Source: Camelus dromedarius (Eukaryota). Taken from it: DNA of 64,000 bases. A program made the translations under genes and the position numbers. A model generated the notes under the pieces. That model worked only from the letters and a program-made list of their open reading frames with translations. It was not told where the DNA came from and ran no database searches. Location: positions 49,540,001 through 49,604,000 of the forward strand of contig NC_087437.1 in NCBI RefSeq assembly GCF_036321535.1, given 5' to 3'. This document shows positions 25,561 to 36,677 of the stretch, in pieces (the first letter of the stretch is position 1; each line of letters opens with the position of its first letter).

Positions 25561-27299
25561 TTTCCTAAGACTAGTATGCATAGGCATAGAGAGAAATCGG
25601 AAATGATGTTGCAAGATGACATTCCAAGATGTTGAAAGTGATCATCTCTCAGCTGTAAAGTTATGGTTGATGTTGTTGTTTTTAGTTTAATTAATTAGAT
25701 GGAACATTGACTTCTTGAATGTGAAAAAAGTCCATTAAAATTATGTATATAGGAAGTTAAAAAAAAGTGAATAAACTCTATATGCAATGTAGAAATATGT
25801 CAAGATAATAAATTGCAGAGCCATATGGGTAATGTGATTCCATTTGTGTTCAAAAAAAATTTTTTTTAAAGAAACATAAAGTTACTTTTGGTAAGTGACT
25901 ATGAACCACCTACCAAGGAGGGGCAGAGATATCTTTTAACTTTATGACTTTCGATGTTAAGTTTTCACACGATTTTAATTAAAATTTCTTAATTGTTAAA
26001 ATAATAACTGCCCTGAGATCTTTCAACAAAAAGAAAGATAAAAAGAGAGAGAAAGAAAAAAACTGCTTTTCATTCAACTCTACCTCTGCCTAGTCTGAAG
26101 AAACATAGTTTTCAAAGCCATAAAAAGGACTTTGAAATTTCTTCAATATTAGCAGCTTTCCAATTCAGATGAAAATGGTGCCAATTCTGCCTCTGTATAA
26201 TATTTGTGTAATGTCTTCTTTTTTTTTACTAAAATGTTACTAATATTTATTGAGCATTTATTAAGATAAAAAATAAGAAAGGTTAGAAAAGGTAACTTTC
26301 TTAAGAAAGAAAGCTAGTCTTTTGACATTTTCTTATATTAAAAAAAATTACAGAAAAACAGATATGGCACTTCGCATGTATCTTTTTGGCCCCTTCCCAT
26401 AATCTTCTGCCTTTTCTCTTAGTGTGACATTCCATATACCAAACTAAATAGCCTTTTAAAAATTATTTTTTTCTTAATACAGGAGTATTAAGTGTTCATC
26501 ATAGAAAAGAAAAAAAAAAAAAACACCCCAGTGACAATCATTAATATATTCATGGGAAATCACATCAGTATTTTTGTATGTATACTATATTCTTTTATGC
26601 GTCATCTTTAATAGCTATATGGTATTACCTTTCATGAATTTACATAACTAATCCCCTATTGCTGGACATCTAGCTTGTCTCTAGCTTTTTGTCTTTGTGA
26701 TAAACATTGTTATAGTTGAATATTTGGTATAACTATGACTATTTCCTTGGAGTAGAATCCTAATAATGTAACTGCTGAATCAAGATTCAAACACAAATTT
26801 AGGATTTTAATGTGTCTCAATAAATAACTGTTAAAAAGAATCAGTGAATGGTTGTGAGTTCATGGCAAAAAGGAGACATATGTGGAGGCGGCACCTGCAG
26901 TCGGGCTGAGAAGTTGAGTTGGTGGATGGGATAACTAGAGAAGTTCTTAAGCCATTTTTGGGTCAGGAGAGTAAAAAGGGTGGAAGAACGTTCTTGTGAA
27001 TACAGTGCACTAACTACTCAAGAAAGGAGACTTAACCTTCTTATTACAGCCAGTTACCGAGGCTGCTCTACAGTAAAAGAATATTTATCTAATATCTTGT
27101 AAAAGAATATTTAAAACAGAAAAAGAGCAAGTCTTTATCTAGCCTCTCTCCTGCAACTGTGGCTGTTCAAAATGTACTCATCTTTCAAGAAGTAATTTTA
27201 GTCTTACCTTCTTCCTGAAGCATCACTGACTCTCAAGGATGTCTTCCTTTATTAATGCATAGTATTTCTTGTCTTCATTCCCATATTCAAGAATCATTT

Positions 27300-27480
27300 T
27301 TCAAACTACTTTGTGCCAAGCTCAATGCTTGTTTATCACTTTAATCTTCACAAATATTGTGTGAGGTGGTTATTATCATTCTCAGTTTACAGTTAGGGCA
27401 CTGAAGCTGGGAAAGATTAAGTAACTTGCCACTGTGATACAAAGAAAAGGAGAACTCAGAATGAAACCAAGCTCCTTCAC
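27300..27480 (-). mobile_element. MIR SINE
   Basis: TTTAATCTTCAC...GTGAGGTGGTTATTATC...TTTACAG...TTAAGTAACTTGCC. Confidence 0.75.
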
Positions 27481-27974
27481 CCTCCTCCACTTTTGAAATC
27501 TATTTTTCCTAAGAGGTAGGAAAAGGCAGAAGGGGAAGCATGGATAAAAGTAGGGGGATAGTGAACATGAAAAGAAAGAGCAGTGGTTTAGGGTGTTGCT
27601 GGGAAGGGGGTCAATGTGTCTGGCACGTAGGGTCCTGGATGAAGTGGCAGGAATGCAGCTGGGAAGAGAAATTGGGACTGGGACCTTAATGAATGCAGAA
27701 GCACAGAACACAGCTCTGGAAACAGTGAAATTCCATAAAGGCAGTTCAGTCTTGATTGAAGACCTAAGTCTTTGTTAAGAGGTTTGTCGTCCCGGCTCGA
27801 CTACGAGGTCAGTGATTATTCTCACTGAGTTCACCTTTATATCCATAGGGTCCAGCACAGTGCCTGGCATATGGTAATGCTACATAAATCTTTGTTGAAC
27901 AAATTAATTGATACATAAACATTCTCTTGAGAACCAGCAGAGACAAAACCAAACCCCCCAAAAAAGCAAGACAA

Positions 27975-28165
27975 AGCTTTTAGAATCAGAAGACCTGGTT
28001 TCAAATACTTCCTATCTTACAGGTTGTGTGACTTTGGGTAAGTTACACAACCTGTTTGAATAGTTTATTCATCTGATGATAATACTCACCTCAAAGTGTT
28101 ATTATGAGGATTAAATGAGATCATACTTTTGAATTGCTTGACAAATTGTAGACATTCAGCAAATG
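27975..28165 (+). mobile_element. MIR SINE
   Basis: TGTGTGACTTTGGGTAAGTTAC...ATGAGGATTAAATGAGAT. Confidence 0.75.
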
Positions 28166-28695
28166 TCAGTGTCCTACTTCCACCTTCCCGTTATCCAGAG
28201 TTGAACTGTGCACTAGGAGAGCTTACATCCAGATTTAAAGGACAGTCTCCACTTCTGATATCCAGTGCTATTGTCAGTGTGTCTGGCACAGAGGGTCCCG
28301 GATGAAGTGGCAATTTCATATTTAAAAGGTGACTATGGTTTAAAGCATGTATTATAAAGTGCCACATATGTTCTCAATAAACAGATGTTGAATGAATGAA
28401 TAAACTGAATACTCAGAATTTTGTCAGAGCAGCTATAGCACTCTCAGAGTGTGAGATATATAAACACGTCAGTCACTAGTTGATGTGGGTTGTTTTTTAG
28501 TTGACTTGAAAGACCCCTCAGAACCATTACATTCCTTTTGCTTTGATTCTGTCTGCACCAAACAAACTTGTGAGGACCAGTTTCCAAGCTGTCTTGATAC
28601 CAGAAAAACAGAACCCTGGAATCAGAGAAAAGGAATAACATCTATTTAAAAATAGCCCATTGTCATCTGGCTTAAATATCTATTTCTTTCATTCC

Positions 28696-29163
28696 TTTTT
28701 TGAAAACAGTTTTATTGAGATAAAATTCACGTATCATACAATTCACCCATTTAAGTTGTACATTTTAATGGTCTGTAGTATATTCACAGAGTTGTGCAAC
28801 TATCAGCACAATCTAATTTTACATCTTTTTCATCATCTCCCAAGGAAAGCCTGTGCCTAATAGCGTTCATTGCCCATCCCTTTCACTTCCCCAGACCCAG
28901 GCAGACACTGATCTACTTCCTGTCTATAGATTTGTCTATTCTTTATCATGTAAATAAAATCATAGCCTATATGGTTTTTAATGACTGGCTTCTTTCTTTG
29001 AGCATAGTGTTTCCAGAGTTCATCCATGTAGCATGTGTCAGTTCTCATTGCTTTTTATTGATGAAAATATTCCAACATATGGCTAAGCCACATTAGATTT
29101 ACCCATTCATTGGTTGACAGACATTTGGAGTTGTTTCCACTTTGGGCTGTTTTAAAGAATACT
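28696..29163 (-). mobile_element. L1MB-like 3' end
   Basis: TTTATTGAGATAAAATTCACGTATCATACAATTCACCCATTTAAG...TATATTCACAGAGTTGTGCAAC. Confidence 0.85.
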
Positions 29164-29169
29164 TCCATC

Positions 29170-29730
29170 TCCACCCCACCCAGTTTAAAACTTTTAAACT
29201 ACCTTCCCATTGTTTTTAAGATAATATTCAAAACATTGTACATGGTTTTCAGTGCCCAGCAAGTTTTGGTCTTAGGCTCTTTGCGTCTTGTTCTCTGTGC
29301 TCCATCCACACCATCATTCGCTCACTTATTCAAAAGAGCTACTTCAAGGTTTTTGCATGTATTCTTCCCTCTTCCTAGAGACCACCATCTCTTTACCCAC
29401 CCACATCTTCCCTTCCCCCACTTAGTTAATTTCACTGCATCCTTCTGATCTGAATTCAATATTGTCTCAGAGAAGCATTTTCTGAACTGATTTCCTTGTC
29501 CCCTTCCTCCCTTGCTGGGGTAAGTCCTCTGTTTTATTTTCTTAGCTCCCTATTCCTTTTTCTCAAAAGGTTTATCTCAGTTTATAATTATGCATATATT
29601 TGTGTGATCATTTAAATCATGTCTATTTCTCCATGTAAATAGGTGTTGAAATTGGTTTTGCCCCTGTTGCATGTCTAGTGATAAAAACGGTACCTAGTCA
29701 CTAGGAGATAATAAATAAATCTCGGCTGAC
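29170..29730 (+). mobile_element. L2 fragment
   Basis: Pyrimidine-rich L2 body ending GGTACCTAGTCACTAGGAGATAATAATAAAT. Confidence 0.6.
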
Positions 29731-29739
29731 AATATGAAC

Positions 29740-30190
29740 AGAGAAAGACCACCATATTTCTGGCTTGGATAACTGATGGACCATGAGGCCATTTATCTAG
29801 TTAAGTAATGCAAAATGAGGAATATATCTGAATGGGGCCAGGAAAAGGGAAAAAATTATTAGGAAAGCTGCAATTGAGGAAGTCCCAATGAGCAAGACCA
29901 GCAGGCATTTGGACTATGAATTTAGAGATGTGGGACGAGATGTGGGAATGGAAACAGCATTGGAGGTTATCAGCATACAGCTTTGGGTTAAGACCTTGGG
30001 TGTGGCTGAGTTTGCCCAGGAAGAACATGTAGCATTAAAAGAAAGGGCAGAAGACTAAACTCTGGAGACTTATATTGAGAAACAGGCAGAAGTAGATTGA
30101 GAGTAAAGGTAGAAATGATAAAGGAGATGAACCCTGTCAAATGTTTCAGAAGGAAGCTAAGTTTGATCATTTGGGTGAGGTGATGATCAT
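29740..30190 (-). mobile_element. L2 fragment
   Basis: TTTCTGGCTTGGATAACTG...CAGCAGGCATTTGGA...TCAGCATACAG. Confidence 0.65.
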
Positions 30191-30814
30191 CAGATCTTGC
30201 CATTTTAAGGGATTTTTTTTTTTCAGTATCCTATTTCTCAACCACAACTTTTCACCTAATGGTTCTAGCATCCACTAATGATCCTTGACTGAATCAATTA
30301 TTTCACTCTGGATTGCTGAATGGTGATTTTAAAATTCCATCATTTCTCCCCCTACCTTTTTTCCCCCCCTAAATTCCTATGTTCCTCTCAGGGAAAGTGT
30401 CCTGGGGTACCTCCCGCTTGGACCAGCCCATTGCTCAGATATTTCACCCCATGGGCCCTGAACAACAAAAAGGCTCTTTCGTGAGACAGTTGTAAGGGAA
30501 TGGAGAATGTGCAGGAGGGAGATTTGCTAAATCTTTGGAAAATATAGCCAAAGGGATGAAGAACAGTTATTTAATCCAGCCTCACTCATTACAGGGACTC
30601 AAGAAAAATGTACTGGGTAAATGAAGAATTGAAGGGACAGCTGTATCTCAGGAAGCATCAGTAACACCCTGTGGCTGGCGGGTGAGGCAGCATGGGAGAC
30701 GTATGCTGGGTAGGCTCCCCAAGGAGACTGGATTTTACGGGGAAGCCACAGGAGAGCCCTGGGGGCCTTCAAGCAGTAAGTCAGGCTCCTACTGGATTTG
30801 TGATTCAGAAATGT

Positions 30815-30990
30815 CTCATTTAATCCTCTTAACAACTTGATGAGATAATTATTCCTATCTCTATTTTACTGATAATGAAATGGGGCTCAGATAAATTAAG
30901 CAACTTGTTCAAGGACACCCCACTAGGAAGTAAGTGGAATCAAGAAATCAAGTGAAGTCCATCCTCTCTCTACCTCACCACACAAGGTAT
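30815..30990 (-). mobile_element. MIR SINE
   Basis: TCTCATTTAATCCTCTTAACAAC...ATTTTACTGATAATGAAATGGGGCTCAGA. Confidence 0.75.
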
Positions 30991-31219
30991 AAATAAGTTT
31001 TATTTTGGCATGAGGTCAGAAGCAGGGGTCTGTGTGGAACCGTTGCTTGTCCAATAAATGGTTTCCAATAAATGCTGAGAACATATATTGGATGTTAGTT
31101 CCATGAGAAAGGGAGATACTGTAGACAGAATTTGTTTTACAAAATATAAATAGTACTTAAAAACTTGATGTAAATATGTCTATCTTCACATGAAAAAACA
31201 TGTGTACACACCTGATCCT

Positions 31220-32200
31220 TGAACAGGCTCTTCCCTTTCCCTCCCTGCTCTTTTCGTCTTTCAGATCTCAGCTCAAGTATCATCTTCTCAGAGAGGATGC
31301 TTCTGATCTTCCTCAGGGTGACGGCCTCTCCCAGGCAGGCTCTATCTCATCAGTCTGTTCAGGTCCTTCATAGTAATGATCTCAACATGTAATTATCTTG
31401 TTTTTTATTTACCTGTTTTATTTACCACCCCATTTGTTTGTTTTCTCTCTCCTACATTGTAATGTAAACTCCATGTTGGTTGTGACCTTGTCTATCTTAG
31501 TTATCACTAAATCTTTTTAAAAAAATTTTTGTTCAAACCATATGATTTTAAAAAAAATTCTTATTTTTTATTGAAATGTAGTCCATTTACAATGTCAGTT
31601 TCATTTGTATAGCAAAGCAATTCAGCTATACATATACATACATTTTTTTTCAGATTCTTTTCCATTACAGCTCATTATAAGAAACTGAATATAGTTCCCT
31701 GTGCTATACAGTAAGTCCTTGTTGTTTATCTATTTTATATATAGTAGTGTGTATTTGTTAATCTCAAACTCTTAATCTAGCCCTACCCCCACCCCCACAC
31801 TTTCTCCCCTGGTAACCACAGTTTGTTTTCTATGTCTATTTCTGGTTTGTAAATGAAATTTTTATTTTTTTTAAGATTCCACATATAAGCAATATCATAT
31901 GATATTTGTCTTTCTCTGACTTACTTCATTTAATATGATAATCTCTAGGTCCATCCATTGTTGCTGCAAATGGCATTATTTCATTTTTTCCCATTCTTTT
32001 ATATGGCTGAGCAATATTCCATCGTATATATGTATACTATGTCTTCTTTATCCAGTCATCTGTCAATGGACATTTAGATTGTTTCCATGTCTTGGCTATT
32101 GTAAATAGTGTTGCTGCTTTAGTTAGTTAGTGCTGCTTTAGTTGTTGCTAAATCTTGAGAGATTGGCACATGCTGGCCCCCAATGAATGAATGAATAAAA
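31220..32200 (+). mobile_element. L2 3' end, split by an L1 insertion
   Basis: TTCAGATCTCAGCTCAAGTATCATCTTCTCAGAGAGG on the left; TGGCACAT...AATGAATGAATGAAT on the right. Confidence 0.7.
31516..32137 (-). mobile_element. L1 3' end (artiodactyl-type) with 19-bp degenerate TSD
   Basis: ATATAGTTCCCTGTGCTATACAGTA...GATTCCACATATAAG...; TSD 31497-31515 / 32138-32156 (16/19 identical). Confidence 0.9.
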
Positions 32201-32229
32201 AAGTATCTCAATCTATAATATGGATATAA

Positions 32230-32970
32230 ATAACTGGGTGTCTCTTGTATGTGAGGCATTATACCAGGTGCTGGGATAATTAAGATTCACAAGGAATCTT
32301 AGTTTTGAAAGGGAAAGCAGGTAAACTAATAACTATATAAAACATTTAAATAAATATGAATATAAAGTGAGAAGAAGACATAGATGAAGGAGTAACTATA
32401 TCTGGTAGAGAAAGAGGGACGCCAGAGAAAATACAGAGAGACAGTGACACGAGCTGAGCTTGAAGAATGAAAGTACCAGGTAGACAAGAAGGAAGAGGCA
32501 TTCCGGGGCAGAGGTGACAGCGTGAACCGAAGTGTGAAGGTGAGGTGTAACAAGGGTTCTGAGGAGCAGCAAGGAGCCCAAGGTGGTTGGGGCTTAGGGT
32601 GGTTTGGGGAGGGTGCCTGGAGATGAAGCCAGATCCATTCACCAAGGGCTTTGGAGAGTCAGCAAAGTTTGGAATGTGTTGTACAGGGCAACAAGGCACT
32701 CCTCTGTAAGCAGAGGAATGAGGTCTTTATGTCAGAAAGGTCTTTCTAACAATAAGATGGTAAGAGCCAAGCCTCGAGACAGGAGGCTCAGTTTGGAGGA
32801 GACCTAATACATCAGAAGGCAGGGCGAGAGGATGTGAGGTGCATTTCAGGGATAGAATCTACAGGACTTTGCCCAACTGGATATGTTTAAAGGGGAAAAA
32901 TATTAAAGAACAATCTATATGCTTTAGTCAGGGTAGATGGTGATGCCGTTAGAAAAAGAGGTATGGTTAA
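32230..32970 (-). mobile_element. L2 fragment
   Basis: GAGCTGAGCTTGAAGAATGA...GCATTCCGGGGCAGAGG...GATAGAATCTACAGGACTT. Confidence 0.7.
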
Positions 32971-34086
32971 AGTCCAATGTCCACTCCCCCCAACCTGTTC
33001 CAGACCTGAACTCGTACCCCTTTGAGACAAAGTGAATTGTCCACACGGATGGTTGATGAAAGAGCACAGGCTGGGCCAGGAGCCCTGAATTCTATCTAGT
33101 GTTCCTTTACCAGCACTTCTCAAAGAATCTATGGGGAAGCCAGATCTTTAAAAAAAATTCTAATCCTCCGTTGATTTACACTTTCATAACATAAAATAAA
33201 AATAAATTATTAGAAAAAATGATATTAAAAAGGACAAACCTAACTTTTTAATTAGGTACAAAGCTACCTTGTTAAATTGCTGTAAATGTTTCTAAAGGCT
33301 TACTCCACAATTTCTATACTTTGGCTAACCCACAGATGAATCTAGCTGCAAACATGAACTCGTCTCCAGGCCACCTGTCAGGTCTCTGGTCCACATGGCT
33401 CTGAAGGAGCAGTGGGATCTGAGTTCACAAGAGTGATGAGACTGAACAAAGTTGAGATCAGACCTGCTGGGCCACCACAGAGAAGGAGGACGCCTGTCCG
33501 GTTTACCGATTACTAATCGCTAGTAAAAGTGTTCTTCGCATTGCTCCCACTAGTGCAAGGGAGGTCTTACCATCACAACTTCATAGAAAGGGGTCCCTCT
33601 GAAGGATTTTTCTTCATAAAGAAATCATTTCCAGTCAACCCACCAAGACCGTTAGTGGCCATCCTGAATTTCAGTCCCTAAGTTACTGGACACGTTCCAT
33701 ACATGGACTGGCAGTTTGGCAGGCTTCTCAGTTCGCTACTCCTGCCTGCCAAGGGAAAGAAAGGTATGACTCTGCTTGCTCATTCTATCCCTCTGCAAGG
33801 AAGGAAAAAAAAAAAGATCTCAAACACTGCTTGCCATATTAGCACTGGAGGGGAAGAGCTAATATTCACTTACACAATCCTGCTTATACTTGCACAATCT
33901 ACTGAAGGAAATGGCAGAGTGACATTTGCACCTAATCCTTCCATGGGGCTGTGACTAAGACTGCAAACAGCAGAGGGAAAGCACCTAGTTGCTTTGTGAA
34001 TGGGGGTAAATGGAAGATCTTTGATAGGTAAGGGGCACCCGAAATAAGAGGAACAGGTTTTTTTTTTTTTTCAAAAGAGATTTTTT

Positions 34087-34209
34087 GAGAGAAGGTATAG
34101 CTCAGTGGTAGAGTGCGCGGTTAGCATGCATGAGGTCCTGGGTTCAATCCCAGCACCTCCGTTAAAGAAACAAACAAACCAACCTAATTACCTCTCCCTC
34201 TAAAAAAAA
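34087..34209 (+). mobile_element. Camelid tRNA-derived SINE (Vic-1-like), long form
   Basis: GGTATAGCTCAGTGGTAGAG...GGTTCAATCCCAGCACCTCC...AACCTAATTACCTCTCCC. Confidence 0.93.
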
Positions 34210-34255
34210 TTTTTTTTTAATTTTAAAGGGGGTGGAAAAAAATTAAAAATAAGAA

Positions 34256-34370
34256 GGGGGGTGGGTATTGCTCTAATGGTAGAGTGTATGCTTAGCATGC
34301 CCAACCTCTGGGTTCAATAGCCAGTATCTCCATGAATAAAACAAAACAAAACAAAAACAAAAAACAAAGA
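34256..34370 (+). mobile_element. Camelid tRNA-derived SINE (Vic-1-like), short form, more diverged
   Basis: GGGGGGTGGGTATTGCTCTAATGGTAGAG...GGTTCAATAGCCAGTATCTCC with (AAAAC)n tail. Confidence 0.88.
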
Positions 34371-34989
34371 AAAAGGGACTTTTGCCTCTATAATTCTCAA
34401 ATAGAAACACAATAAACAACCGAACTGGTGACAGAGCTGCCATGCGAGGAGTCCCGGGCTCCAGGGGAGATGTAGGATGTTGAAGGAGGGAGAAGTTAGG
34501 GGGCAGAAAGTCACCAGGGCTACACAGAATAGGGTTGCGCTTAATGCTACACAAGTGGCCCTGAGGCTTCTCTACTAGTCCTCGTCACGTCATATATGTG
34601 GTATTTCCTTGTTCCTTATTCAGATGAGAAAGTAGGAGGGCCGTGGCCTGTGTGTAACCTCTCTGAGCTCGGTCAAGAGCAGATGTGAGGCGAGGACACA
34701 GCAACCACACTGACGTCCTTACTCTGCCTTTGGCCGTTTCGGGTTGAACGGCCACTGTCGTCTTCCTGCGGGTCCCTTGAATGCCGATGTGCTTGAAGGA
34801 TGGAATGATAGCACTGCAGGGGCAAGCATTACAAGTTTGGCTTTCTTGGTATTTACCATCAGGATCCGTGAGGATGCTAGTATTTGAGTATTTCTTGGGT
34901 AAACCTAGGCTAGCTATCTCTCACCAGCTATCTTGACTGGAAGAAACCTCCGAGGGACTGACTCCTTTGTGGACTTTGTCTCCCTTGAG

Positions 34990-35835
34990 CACTCCAGGCG
35001 CACCTGAGTAGATGGATCACGGCCATTTCCTTGACTCTCCCAATCTACTCCTGCAAATGCAAGTGCTCTCACGCCTACGCCCTCCTTCCCCCAGCCCCCT
35101 TACCCACCGGGCTATCCAAGACAGAGACACGGCAGGAGACACTGCAGACTGCTCCCTTTCCTTCATTCTCCCTCAGTCCCCATGTTCAGTCAATCACAAA
35201 GTCTTATCAGTTTTATCCTTTATATATTTTTGATGGCTGCTGCCTGATTTCTTTCCTTTGTTATCTCTTGCCCTCCTCCTACCCTACACATCTGTCTTAC
35301 TATCTCTCTTCTTGCCCCCATCAGATCTGTTATTGTCACTGTCTCTAGGAAATCCATCTAAAGCACAAGTCTAACCACATTGCTTTCAAGCTTAAAAACT
35401 CTCCAATGGCTCCTCAGAGTTGAGAGAGTAAAGCCCCTGCTTTCAGCATAGTAAACAAAGGGTTTTTGGTCCTGACTTCTGTTCACCTCTGGGGGGTCTT
35501 CTCTCCAGAATCCCTGCTGATGCTTAGTGACACAGGGGACCCGAGGTTGCCTGGTGCTCCCTGTAGCTTCATGCTCCTGCTCCTTTGCTGTCTTGTCCCA
35601 TCCCCTTCCCACTAGGCTGCCCTGGCTCAGGTGTCCTCCTTGACATCCCCGAAGTGGGTGAGAGATTTGTGTTCCGCTGTCACATTTTATAGACATTGTC
35701 TGTACACTTTCCATCTCCTCTCCTAGGCTGTGAAGCCCTTGAGGGCAGGGATTGTGTTTTCTTCAACTCTGTATTCTTAGAGCATTGTTTAATACTAAAC
35801 GCCTACTAGGCACTCAGTTGGTATTCACTGAAGTG
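34990..35835 (+). mobile_element. L2 3' region
   Basis: CTTAAAAACTCTCCAATGGCTCC...CTAGGCTGTGAAGCCCTTGAGGGCAGGGATTGTG...TAGGCACTCA. Confidence 0.8.
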
Positions 35836-36229
35836 AGGGAATACACATTCTTCAGTTTTTCCTTATTTTACATTTATTCCCCTGCATGAGCCAAGTAAAC
35901 TAAGTAAACTAAGACTCGCTTTCATATACTAAGATCATTTAAAAAAAATAAGAAATAGTGGTAACGAGAAGCAGTAGCAGTGAAAGTAATGTGTGCTGAG
36001 TGGTATGTTTGTGCATGTGTGTGTCTGTGTCTGTGTCTGTGACACAGAGCAAGAGGGAAAGGAAATGCTGACAGAGTAAGATTCCAGGGAATCTGTGTGC
36101 CCTTAACAAACAAGTTAGACATCACCAGTGCCTTTCATTATTCTGTCTTGTTATTTGTTGTTTATTAATAACAAATAATTAATAAATAACAAATAACAAT
36201 TACATAATTTTGAAAAAGGACTTTTCCCT

Positions 36230-36380
36230 TTATTATCTCATTTGAGCCTCACAATAGCCCTGGAATGTCACTCTCATTTTAAAGATGAGGAAACAGAAAG
36301 ACTGACTTCCCCAACGTTCCTCAGCTAGTTGGCTGAATATTCTAACGCAAGATATAGTGTTTTTACTGCTTCATGATACT
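36230..36380 (-). mobile_element. MIR SINE fragment
   Basis: ATCTCATTTGAGCCTCACAATAGCCCTG...CATTTTAAAGATGAGGAAACAGA. Confidence 0.75.
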
Positions 36381-36489
36381 GAAACTTCTTATCAGGTAGA
36401 GGCTGAAATCATGAGACTTCTGCCACTTGGCATTTACAAAAGTCACAGGGAATTGGAACGAGGGAAATTTTTTTTAAACATAGTTTCTC

Positions 36490-36597
36490 TTTTTTTTTTT
36501 TAAAGTCCTTTTCTTTTTAAAGGAGGTACTGGGGATTTAACCCAGGACTTTGTGCATGCTAAGCATGTGCTCAATCACTAAGCTATATCCCTTCCCC
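36490..36597 (-). mobile_element. Camelid tRNA-derived SINE (Vic-1-like), short form
   Basis: GGAGGTACTGGGGATTTAACCCAGGAC...AAGCTATATCCCTTCCCC. Confidence 0.92.
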
Positions 36598-36677
36598 GGT
36601 TTTAAAAAGGGGAAAACTTAACAGCATGCACTTACAGACTACCAAGCAAAGTGCTTGGCACATGGAAACTGCCCAGC

